This document shows, one piece after another, positions 1-7,814 of a DNA stretch of 44,314 bases (positions within the stretch are counted from its first letter, which is position 1; every line of letters starts with the position of its first letter). A program made the position numbers and the translations under genes. The notes under the pieces are model-generated. The model worked only from the letters and a program-made list of their open reading frames with translations, had not been told where the DNA came from and ran no database searches. This DNA is from Pseudomonadota bacterium (GTDB lineage: Bacteria > Bdellovibrionota > FAC87 > UBA2466), in NCBI GenBank assembly GCA_043718025.1, contig JAYSWN010000232.1:1-44314 (forward strand), given 5' to 3'.

Positions 1-300
1 TTTATTAACAACCACGATGTCGGCGTCTTCATGAACAATATCCAAATCAAAGGCAATCCCTTTAAGGGGCTTGGGCGTGGGATCCGACCAAGTGGCAACA
101 ATGGTATCTCCCCCCCGAATCGATTGGCTGGCTTTGGTTATTACCGCGCCGTTAACGGTAACTTGACCGTCATCGATTTGCTCTTGGACGAAGGCGCGGC
201 TTCGGCCGGTTTCGCGCGACAAAAACTGATCGAGGCGATAGGTACCGGCATCAACTTTAAACGTGAGATCGGGAATAGAATTTGTAGGATCGTTGGGCAC
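1..300 (-). CDS. rluD: RluA/RluD-family pseudouridine synthase, 5' part (runs off the left edge)
   Basis: Not in the ORF track. Manual translation from GTG at 300 gives MPNDPTNSIPDLTFKVDAGTYRLDQFLSRETGRSRAFVQEQIDDGQVTVNG...DLDIVHEDADIVVVNK, an S4 domain (RLDxFL..SR) followed by the RluD-type 'IVHED.DIVVVNK' motif. Confidence 0.85.
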   Translation of the reverse strand, partial: MPNDPTNSIPDLTFKVDAGTYRLDQFLSRETGRSRAFVQEQIDDGQVTVNGAVITKASQSIRGGDTIVATWSDPTPKPLKGIAFDLDIVHEDADIVVVNK

Positions 301-306
301 CGGGGC

Positions 307-942
307 TTAGCTTGGCGTCCCTTTGGTAAGCTCGTCAATGCGTTTTAGGTAACTGCTTAGGACTTCTTTAGGATCAACCCGATAGAGGACGGCGAGATTG
401 CGTAAAAAACCCTGTAGATAGACACGGGCGGGTAGGGCGCGCAGATCTTCCGCTTCGACCGCGATGATTGCCCGCGAGGGAATTTTGGTGATGCGCGCGA
501 CCTCTTCGATCGAAAAGCCCCGTTTTTCGCGGATGTCTTTCCACGTTTCGCCCTTATAGCTGTCGTAAGCTGGCAAGCTTTGAAAAACCGGCTTGGGAGT
601 GAGGTCCTGGTAACTTTCGGAGCTGGTGGTGCTGCGCGGCCCCGGCCGAGCGGCCTCACCAGGGGTCAACGGATCTAACTGACCGTTTTCTTCGCGGCGG
701 CGTTTCAAGTCTTCGTCATAGGCGCGTTTGCGATCGATGTTGGAAAGCACGTGGTAGGCCTCATCCAGTTTAGCGATGATGGAGTGTGCCTCATCCACGG
801 AAAAGAGCGAGTAGGTTGCTACCGAGTCTTTTGAAAAGGCATTTCGCGAAGAGTGGTAGGCGGCTACGATTTCCGCGATTGTGGCGCGGGCATCTACCTT
901 GAGCACATCGTAGAATGTTTCTTCAGATCTTCGTGGTGCCAT
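307..942 (-). CDS. DnaJ-like N-terminal domain (no HPD) plus C-terminal XRE/RodZ-type HTH protein
   Basis: FYDVLKV..AT.AEI.AAY...AYHVLSN...R.AYD is a J-domain pattern. IREKRGFSIEEVARITKI....IIAVE....LPARVYLQGFLRNLA is the RodZ-like HTH. Confidence 0.8.
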   Translation of the reverse strand: MAPRRSEETFYDVLKVDARATIAEIVAAYHSSRNAFSKDSVATYSLFSVDEAHSIIAKLDEAYHVLSNIDRKRAYDEDLKRRREENGQLDPLTPGEAARPGPRSTTSSESYQDLTPKPVFQSLPAYDSYKGETWKDIREKRGFSIEEVARITKIPSRAIIAVEAEDLRALPARVYLQGFLRNLAVLYRVDPKEVLSSYLKRIDELTKGTPS

Positions 943-980
943 AAATCAACGCTGCTCTCACAGTTAGTTTGGGAAGCCCG

Positions 981-1982
981 TTACTTAGGCGCGACGGGTG
1001 GCCGCAACAGGTTGCGGATAATGCTCTCTAAATGGGTGACGGCCGTACAGTTTGGAGCGTCAATTAGAAAGGGGACGCGTCGACGAATGGACTGCCAAAC
1101 GGCGTTGTCGTAGGGAAGGTAACCCATGTACTCAACCCCCATGCCAAAGTACCGCTCGCAAACCATCAAAATAGATTTTCCGATGTCGGCTTCAGATTTG
1201 ACCCGCACTTGATTGACGATAAGGGCAATTTGAAACTCTTCCATTTTATTTTGTAGCTCAAGCCCATCCGCCGGCGACAGCCGTTTGACCTCGGTGAGCA
1301 GGTCTTTGGGCGTACGGATACCGCGGTTATTTTTTGCGTCCATCGCCTGTTCGATCAGCTGACGAACGTAGGGCGAAGGAGTGGCGGCGCGAAGCATGCG
1401 ATAGAAGGATGACTTAATAAAACGGTAGGCATTTTCAATCGACGTAGGCTCGGGAGTGACGATTACGATCTTTTTATCGGCTAGCAAAAAGAAATCAAGG
1501 GTGTTGGTGGCTGTGCCGGCGCCTAAGTCGAGCAACACGAAGTCGGCTTCAATTTCGCGGAATTTGCGCAGAAGCCGCGCTTTTTGCATGTGGCGCAAGT
1601 TGGTGATGCCCACGGGATCTTGCGCGCCGCTAATTAAAAACAGGTTTTTAATCGGCGTGGGTTGCATGAGATCTTTCATGTCATCCACCCGGCCGACTAC
1701 TAGATCGGCCAAAGTTTTTGTTGGTGATTCTACACCGAGACTGGTGTGCAGGTTGGCGCCGCCGAGATCCATATCGACTACGACAATTTTCTTATTCAAC
1801 CACGATAGGTATACCGCCATGTTAGAGGTCAGTAACGTCTTGCCGATTCCGCCCTTGCCACCGCCGATGGCCCAGATTGAGCGTTGGGCACCGGGAGAAA
1901 CCAATGCTGCGCGCGAGGGAATATTCATGCGCAGTTCCAGGGTGGGCGCATTCTCCGGTAGCTTGGTTTTGTAGAGTGACAC
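981..1982 (-). CDS. MinD/FlhG(FleN)-family P-loop ATPase
   Basis: Deviant Walker A GGKGGIGKT, DMDLGGANL, DLGAG, TPEPTSIENAY. AGGA lies upstream of GTG 1982; ATG 1928 is an alternative start. Confidence 0.88.
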   Translation of the reverse strand: MSLYKTKLPENAPTLELRMNIPSRAALVSPGAQRSIWAIGGGKGGIGKTLLTSNMAVYLSWLNKKIVVVDMDLGGANLHTSLGVESPTKTLADLVVGRVDDMKDLMQPTPIKNLFLISGAQDPVGITNLRHMQKARLLRKFREIEADFVLLDLGAGTATNTLDFFLLADKKIVIVTPEPTSIENAYRFIKSSFYRMLRAATPSPYVRQLIEQAMDAKNNRGIRTPKDLLTEVKRLSPADGLELQNKMEEFQIALIVNQVRVKSEADIGKSILMVCERYFGMGVEYMGYLPYDNAVWQSIRRRVPFLIDAPNCTAVTHLESIIRNLLRPPVAPK

Positions 1983-2131
1983 CAGTTTTCCTGTTGAGAG
2001 GGTGAGGGGGCGAAGTCCTTACATTATCTCGGATTCTCAACACTATATCAATGAAGGAACGTGAATGTAGCCAGCGCGTTAAGGTAATGAGGCGTTGACG
2101 CTGCGAGGCATCAAGAAAAGTGGCCTCGATG

Positions 2132-2224
2132 CGGGAGGGATGAGAATCGAACTCATCGCGCCTGCTTACGCACGCGCCTGCGGATTTGAAGTCCGTGGAG
2201 CCCACCAGTGGCTCGTCCTCTCCC
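2132..2224 (-). tRNA. selC: tRNA-Sec (anticodon UCA), atypical bulged 12-bp acceptor+T type, CCA not encoded
   Basis: Minus strand GGGAGAGG-AC-GAGCCACTGGTGGGCTC-CACGGA-CTTCAAA-TCCGCAG-GCGCGTGC-GTAA-GCAGGCGC-G-ATGAG-TTCGATT-CTCAT-CCCTCCC-G. Shows a UCA anticodon loop, long variable arm, canonical T loop and G discriminator. Confidence 0.88.
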
Positions 2225-2248
2225 CAAGTCTGCACTTGTACCTTGGTA

Positions 2249-2689
2249 TTACGGCTTGGCCAAGAACGCTTCACACGGAGTGAGATCGATCGACGCAATC
2301 AGCTTACCATTTACACTTTCGGTGATGGTTGAATTGCGTTCTAGGGTGGGGCCGAACATGCCGATCGCGGTGCCATTTGGAGTTTCATAACTGAATAGTT
2401 TGAACTCAGTTCCGGGTGAGGCCCTTAGGTACCAATAGAACTTTTGGCGGCCGGGGCTACGGATGATGTAGACCGATGTGGCGTGATCGGTTTTACCGGC
2501 GCTATTTTTTGGAAAAAAGGGGCCGTGAAAGCCTTGGGCATTTACGTCTGCAGTCAGCGCCTTCATGCACGCAAACAGGCGCGGGGTATGCGCCAAGTCC
2601 TGAGTTAAAATGGGGTTTATCATCGGCGCTTCGGCGGTAAAGGCGGTCGCGGTTAACCCTAAAAGAAGCAAGGTCACAAAGTTTTTCAT
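2249..2689 (-). CDS. Secreted hypothetical protein
   Basis: Sec signal peptide MKNFVTLLLLGLTATAFTA; two Cys near the ends; no recognised domain. Confidence 0.7.
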   Translation of the reverse strand: MKNFVTLLLLGLTATAFTAEAPMINPILTQDLAHTPRLFACMKALTADVNAQGFHGPFFPKNSAGKTDHATSVYIIRSPGRQKFYWYLRASPGTEFKLFSYETPNGTAIGMFGPTLERNSTITESVNGKLIASIDLTPCEAFLAKP

Positions 2690-2717
2690 GGTGAAAATAG
2701 TGGGCTTGGGCGGCGTG

Positions 2718-2751
2718 AAAAGAAAGGGGCGAAGCGGCGTAACGCTTCGTC
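2718..2751 (-). terminator. Probable intrinsic terminator after the hybrid sensor gene
   Basis: Inverted repeat GGCGAAGCG-GCGTAA-CGCTTCGTC (2728-2751), followed on the minus strand by CCTTTCTTTT. Confidence 0.5.
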
Positions 2752-2781
2752 GGCAAACGTGGCGGCGCGGGCTTGCGCGCT

Positions 2782-4566
2782 TTAAGCGGCCTTTTTGTTC
2801 GCGGAAAGGTAGTCACGAAGGGCGGTTTGGGCTGAGGCGTAGGCTTTGATCAATTTCTCACAGTCGGCCATCACGCCGTCATACCGCTTTTCGCGCATGT
2901 TGTGTTCCATACGTTTGGCAATATCGGAGAGGCTCATTGCGCCCACCGTGGCGGCACTTGATTTTACGGTATGGGCGATGTGGCGGACCGCTTCCCATTT
3001 TTGGTTTTCGCAGTGACTTTTGTAGGGGGCAATCAGTTCTTCAGTGGTTTCGATAAATTTTTTGATGATTTCGTTTAGCACTTCCCCTTTTCCATCGTCA
3101 AAGTCGCGTAGGGCTTCAAGGGCCTTCATATTCAGTTCGGTTTTTGCTTCTTTCACGGCGCCACCTTGGTTTTCTTTTTTCTTATCGGGACTATTTGCGA
3201 TGAGATATTCCAACTTTTGAAAAAGCAGAGCGGGGTCAATCGGCTTAGGGACGTAATCATCCATGCCGGCCTCTAAGCATCGGTGGCGGTCTCCGGACAC
3301 CGCATTGGCGGTCACCGCAATGATTGGAGTGCGGGTTTTTCCGGCCTCGGCGCGTCGCCAATAGCGAGTGGTTTCAAAGCCATCCACGCCCGGCATCTGG
3401 CAGTCCATCATGACGGCGTCGAAAGCCAACGTTTTTTGCAAGACCAACGCTTTTTCGCCGCTGTCTGCGGTTTCGATCCTAAATCCGCGTTTCTCCAAGT
3501 GTAGGGCTAGCACCATCTGGTTCACCGGATTGTCTTCGACAATCAAAATCGTGCCGCGCGGTTCACCATCGTAAGTATTGGCGTCTACGACGAAAAGCGA
3601 ATCCACCGCCGCTTCGGTGATCTCTGGTTTTTCACCGAACTCTCCGAACATCTCATTGATAAGGAGTAGAAGTCGATCCGACGACTCCTCGATCACCTTT
3701 AGGCTTCGCCGGTTCAGGCCCTGTTGGGCAACTTGGGCAAGGAGCAACTTGGTCATTCCCTGAATGCCATTGAGCGGAGTACGAATCTCGTGACTCATTT
3801 CTCTCAGGAATTTTTCTCGGGTATTGATGGCCTTAACCGCTTCGTGGTGCGCGGCTTTCCAGTTTTTGCTGAGCAGCTCATTGTGGACGCTCAAATGGAG
3901 ATTTTGCTCGATGTACTTACTCCAGTCGCGCTCCATAAAAAACATGAGGGTCAAAAATAAGACGCAGAGTAGGGCCAAGATGATGGGCATGGCGTTCCAT
4001 TGCGCGCCACAACGGATGGTAAACGGAACCAGAACAAAGCAAGGCAGGATCAGCGCCATGCGCGGCGAAGCCGTGTAGCTCATGATGGCGCCGGCACTTA
4101 CCGAAAGCAGCGCCACCGCCAAAATACTTTGTCGTAGAAAGTCATGTTCGGGAAAGAAAGCCAATGCCGGAAGGCTCCAGATTGTACTCGAGATCACCAG
4201 CGTGCTCGTAAGCCAATGTTTGGTTTGCACGATGTTTCCGTCAGTCAGCCAGCGCTGCATAACCGGAGTCAGGGCGAGACGCACTATGTTTAAGATCAGA
4301 ACGCTGAAAAGCCAACCGTAGGCGACAAGATCTCCCGGCTCGTTGCGGATCAGAAATAGAGTAAGACCGGCGGTCACCGCGTTACTAATTGCCGCGCGGG
4401 GCAGTCCCTTAATCCAATTGGCGCAGCGATCGTGCTCCAGACGCTGGCGAAAGACCCTTAAATCTTCTTCGTGAGAAGGCTCTATGTTCCGATCCGCGAA
4501 GACGGAGGGCGCGTTTGCATAGGGCGAGGTAATTGATGCCTCTTTTTGCTCATCCTTTTTCATCAT
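2782..4566 (-). CDS. Membrane hybrid sensor: multi-TM, HisKA, REC and HPt domains, lacking the HATPase_c domain
   Basis: About 5-6 TM helices; H-box EMSHEIRTPLNGI; REC ILIVEDN..MMDCQMP..TA..KP; HPt IAHTVKSSAATVGA. No N/G1/F/G2 boxes. Confidence 0.88.
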   Translation of the reverse strand: MMKKDEQKEASITSPYANAPSVFADRNIEPSHEEDLRVFRQRLEHDRCANWIKGLPRAAISNAVTAGLTLFLIRNEPGDLVAYGWLFSVLILNIVRLALTPVMQRWLTDGNIVQTKHWLTSTLVISSTIWSLPALAFFPEHDFLRQSILAVALLSVSAGAIMSYTASPRMALILPCFVLVPFTIRCGAQWNAMPIILALLCVLFLTLMFFMERDWSKYIEQNLHLSVHNELLSKNWKAAHHEAVKAINTREKFLREMSHEIRTPLNGIQGMTKLLLAQVAQQGLNRRSLKVIEESSDRLLLLINEMFGEFGEKPEITEAAVDSLFVVDANTYDGEPRGTILIVEDNPVNQMVLALHLEKRGFRIETADSGEKALVLQKTLAFDAVMMDCQMPGVDGFETTRYWRRAEAGKTRTPIIAVTANAVSGDRHRCLEAGMDDYVPKPIDPALLFQKLEYLIANSPDKKKENQGGAVKEAKTELNMKALEALRDFDDGKGEVLNEIIKKFIETTEELIAPYKSHCENQKWEAVRHIAHTVKSSAATVGAMSLSDIAKRMEHNMREKRYDGVMADCEKLIKAYASAQTALRDYLSANKKAA

Positions 4567-4593
4567 GCCTTCAAATTCTGCTGATAATTATTT

Positions 4594-5214
4594 TCAACCC
4601 GCCGCCTGTTTCTTTTTGAAGTTTTCTAAAAGTTTTTCGGCGCAGATGGGGCAAACTCCGTGAGAGAACAACGCGCCTGAACGCACGCTTACGTATTCTT
4701 CCACCTGATGCCAGTAGTTTTTGTCGTCACGCACTTTTTTGCAGTACGCGCAAATGGGGATCAAGCCTTCGAGCTCAGTCACTTTTTTCAGCGCGTTCTC
4801 AAGTTCTTTCACGCGCGCGCTTAGAGTGCGCTGTAGCTGAGCGATTCGTTTTCCTACGTTGAGCCGTGCCGAAAGCTCTTCGCGATGAAACGGCTTGGTC
4901 ATGTAATCGTCGGCACCGGCTTTAAGCCCTTTTACGACGTCTTCTTTTCGGTCGTTACCGGTAAGTAGCACGATGTAGGGTGGCTCGTGCGTAGGCAGGG
5001 CCCGGACCTTTTGGCAGATCTCTAGTCCGCTCAGGCCGGGTAGGTTCCAGTCGAGAAGCACCACTTGAAAAGAGTGGGGTTTGGACAACAGCGCCCACGC
5101 TTCATTACCGTCACCAACCGCTTGGAACGTCTCATTAAACCCCTCGAGCGAGGTCTTAAGAAGCAGCATAAATGTTGGGTCGTCTTCGACGACTAAGATT
5201 CTCGGCGAGGTCAC
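4594..5214 (-). CDS. Response regulator: REC, coiled coil and C-terminal Cys-rich domain
   Basis: REC VVEDD/LLDWNLP/TKPF; C-terminus IPICAYCKKVR..W..E.Y..FSHGVCPIC. GGAGG precedes GTG 5214, which is preferred over 5229. Confidence 0.9.
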   Translation of the reverse strand: MTSPRILVVEDDPTFMLLLKTSLEGFNETFQAVGDGNEAWALLSKPHSFQVVLLDWNLPGLSGLEICQKVRALPTHEPPYIVLLTGNDRKEDVVKGLKAGADDYMTKPFHREELSARLNVGKRIAQLQRTLSARVKELENALKKVTELEGLIPICAYCKKVRDDKNYWHQVEEYVSVRSGALFSHGVCPICAEKLLENFKKKQAAG

Positions 5215-5234
5215 TGGACTCCTCCACATTAGTA

Positions 5235-5242
5235 TTATCGGC
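5235..5242 (-). promoter_or_regulatory. Sigma-28 (FliA)-like -10 element upstream of the RR/hybrid sensor operon
   Basis: Exact GCCGATAA on the minus strand about 20 nt before the start; the -35 match is poor. Confidence 0.4.
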
Positions 5243-5388
5243 TGAAGGGGCGGGTTGTATTACAATATTGTTCGACTCAACCACCTGAAATTAATGTGTT
5301 TTATTTATTTGTTAGTTGTCGAGATTTCGCAGCCTATGTGCCCTAAATTTCACATTACGCCGAGGGTAAGCCTGTTACGATTTGGTTT

Positions 5389-5829
5389 ATGTCGGATGTT
5401 GAACGTTTTTCGGTGCTGATCGTCGATGACGAGTCGTCAGTGAGGGATCTCCTGGTCACCCTGTTTCGAAGTGAAGGTTTCGAAGTAGGGGCGGTAGGCA
5501 GTGCCGCGGTGGCGTTGGCGTCAGTTCTCGACCAGACCTTTGATGCCGTGCTCACCGATATTCGGATGCCCAAAGACAGTGGGCTCGATTTGCTTTTGCG
5601 AATTCGAAAGTACCGACCAAATCTGCCCGTCGTTTTAATGACTGGCGACCCGCAAATGGCTTCGCTACCGGAAACCCGCGAGCTGGCCAGCGCCGTGTTC
5701 ATTAAGCCATTTCCCCCGCACGCCCTATTAAGCTTATTCAGAGAATTCCGAAAGAATAAGAGAGAAAGTCATCTTTTGATGGCCGCCAAGGCGGCGGAGG
5801 TATCTCATGGGAAAAAAATTGCGCGCTAA
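5389..5829 (+). CDS. Single-domain response regulator (REC)
   Basis: VLIVDDE, VLTDIRMP, MTG and KPF motifs; short basic tail. Extended -10 TGTTACGAT lies 7 nt upstream. Confidence 0.88.
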   Translation: MSDVERFSVLIVDDESSVRDLLVTLFRSEGFEVGAVGSAAVALASVLDQTFDAVLTDIRMPKDSGLDLLLRIRKYRPNLPVVLMTGDPQMASLPETRELASAVFIKPFPPHALLSLFREFRKNKRESHLLMAAKAAEVSHGKKIAR

Positions 5830-6193
5830 GATCGACGCAGTGGGTGAGCTTCAATCTGACGATCAAATGACTAAACCGAATATTCGTTTAGTGAAGGCCA
5901 TGTCGGGCCGTCCTCAATACGTAAAAAAAGAATTGAAGTTAGATTTTCCGGCGGCACGTTTGGAAGGCAATCCCGATTCGGGGACGGCCAGTTGGCTACC
6001 GTACCTTTTTGGGGCCCTTCTGGTGCTTGGATTCACCTTACTTCAAAACGGCCGGGCGAATTCGCCGGAGGGTCGTCCGGCATCGGCGGCGAAAGCCGTT
6101 GCGGTGGTCGAAGAAAAGGCGGCCCCTTCATCAAACTTCTCTTCGCCCTTAATGGAAACGGTACGACGACTAGGAAAAAAAGATCAGCGTTGA
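5807..6193 (+). CDS. Hypothetical single-TM protein
   Basis: GGAGG precedes the ATG; overlaps the upstream RR; one hydrophobic segment WLPYLFGALLVLGFTLL. Confidence 0.6.
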   Translation: MGKKLRAKIDAVGELQSDDQMTKPNIRLVKAMSGRPQYVKKELKLDFPAARLEGNPDSGTASWLPYLFGALLVLGFTLLQNGRANSPEGRPASAAKAVAVVEEKAAPSSNFSSPLMETVRRLGKKDQR

Positions 6194-7212
6194 GGCGGAT
6201 TTTCCATCGCTTGGCGCAGTATGGCGAAGTCGGCCTCGCAGCGTTGGTACTCTTCTCGCATGCCGCGGACTTTACGAATGCCTTCTGGAGCCCCGTTTTT
6301 TGCCAACTCTTCTAGCTCCGCCGACAATCCCGCAAACTGATGAGCCCCTAAACTCAGCGACTCTTCTTTAAGCGATTGGGCTTGAACGGCTACCGCTTCA
6401 AAGCGCTCTTCACGCAACGCCATTTGAATGTCGACCAGGCGGGTAATCGCACGTTGGGTAAACTCTTCGATGGCCTTCATCACCAACTCTTTTTGCATGG
6501 CGTTATTTGATTCATAAAGCATTTGGGCAAAATGCCGATCAATCGACGACAAGTTAGCTAGTGGTCCGGGCCGGTCGTTGGTTGCTCCCGCCATCATTAA
6601 ATCGGTAAGAAGATCATTCGGCGAAGCCGTGGCCGGCACCTCGATGATGGCTTCGGCAATGGCCTCGGGGGGGGGAGCGAGTGACGCCATTTCGGGAATG
6701 GTTTGGCTCGCCGGCTCAGTAAATTCAAAAGCGGGAGAAAGATCTGCGACAGGGGCAGGGGCCGCGGGCGCAGGCACTTGCTTCACCGGCGGCGGAGCGG
6801 TTGGTTGCCTGGGCGCGGGGGCAAAGGTTTGTAATTTTGGGCCGTTATTGATGAAGTAGTCGATCTTTTTTAACAGCTCGTCGGGGTTGAATGGCTTCAC
6901 TAAAAAATCGCTGGCGCCGAGCCGTTTGCACGTTTCGATCACTTCGGCGCTGGCCATGCCCGACATCATCAATATGGGAATGCGTTTGCCCATTGAGGTA
7001 AGGGTCATTAAATCTAGCGCATTGAGCCCATCCAGACGTGGCATGCGAAAGTCCATCAAAATGGCATCAGGCTTGCGAATGACACACTGCTTTAATGCGT
7101 CGCGACCATCAGACGACAGAATGACGCCATAGCCCGCATGCTTCAGGTAAGTGGAAAGAAGCTCCTGAATATTGACATCGTCATCAACAATTAGGACGTG
7201 TTTCACCCCCAT
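6184..7212 (-). CDS. Response regulator: REC, Pro/Ala linker and HPt-like domain lacking the His
   Basis: REC LIVDDD/LMDFRMP/MSG/KPF; C-terminal AQSLKEESLSLGA..F..LS.ELE aligns to the HPt consensus AHxLKGxSxxLGA. Start is ATG 7212 or GTG 7206. Confidence 0.85.
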   Translation of the reverse strand: MGVKHVLIVDDDVNIQELLSTYLKHAGYGVILSSDGRDALKQCVIRKPDAILMDFRMPRLDGLNALDLMTLTSMGKRIPILMMSGMASAEVIETCKRLGASDFLVKPFNPDELLKKIDYFINNGPKLQTFAPAPRQPTAPPPVKQVPAPAAPAPVADLSPAFEFTEPASQTIPEMASLAPPPEAIAEAIIEVPATASPNDLLTDLMMAGATNDRPGPLANLSSIDRHFAQMLYESNNAMQKELVMKAIEEFTQRAITRLVDIQMALREERFEAVAVQAQSLKEESLSLGAHQFAGLSAELEELAKNGAPEGIRKVRGMREEYQRCEADFAILRQAMENPPQR

Positions 7213-7290
7213 AGAATAGCACAGTCTCCCGATGCCCCCCATTGCTTAGGTTGCCGCAAGGTGAAACAATAAGATCTCTCCACAAATCCT

Positions 7291-7659
7291 ATGAACAGCT
7301 TTGGATTCCGCGCCGTCACCTTCACCCTCGTAATGCTGGGGCTAATTACGCTTGGTTTTAATGGCGTGTTTCAGTTGGTCGACGTGAAATATGGCCTCTG
7401 TGAGTCGCACTACAATCGTTACATTTTGAAACCGGTACTACCGCAGTTTTATTGCCTCTTCGCAAAATTTAAGCCGTGCGGTGATTTTACCGAGCATCGG
7501 AATATGGTTCAGCACATGCAAATGTACGACTGCCTTTGTGCCGATCCGCAAGCGAATGTGGGTAAACTTCGCGAGTACACTTCACAACACCTTAAGAGTG
7601 ACCTCGGAACGGATGCCGACAGGATCTGCCTTCAGCGCCCCCGAAACAACTCTATGTAA
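7291..7659 (+). CDS. Hypothetical membrane-anchored or secreted Cys-rich protein
   Basis: N-terminal hydrophobic helix and six Cys. Confidence 0.6.
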   Translation: MNSFGFRAVTFTLVMLGLITLGFNGVFQLVDVKYGLCESHYNRYILKPVLPQFYCLFAKFKPCGDFTEHRNMVQHMQMYDCLCADPQANVGKLREYTSQHLKSDLGTDADRICLQRPRNNSM

Positions 7660-7814
7660 GTCTCCTCCCCTGCTTTTGTTGCCACCCCAAACCTGACTTT
7701 ACGCGTCTAAAGATCAATGGATCACCATGTCAAAAATCGTTTGTTAACAAGCACTTGGCCGTTTCATTGTCGTGTCTGCCTAATCGGGGCATGACTGATC
7801 CATTGGGGGGTTCC

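Noticed and set aside
31..348. ORF-track ORFs 31..348 (+) and 141..338 (-)
   Set aside because: They are shadows of the real minus-strand rluD frame (1-300).
2103..2131. Inverted repeat after the tRNA (CGAGGC...GCCTCG) as an attachment site or island boundary
   Set aside because: No integrase and no duplicated tRNA 3' end were seen in the window; more likely a 3' trailer hairpin.
1822..2390. ORFs 1822..2298, 2095..2283 and 2208..2390
   Set aside because: They overlap the tRNA-Sec gene and neighbouring CDSs and show no protein features.
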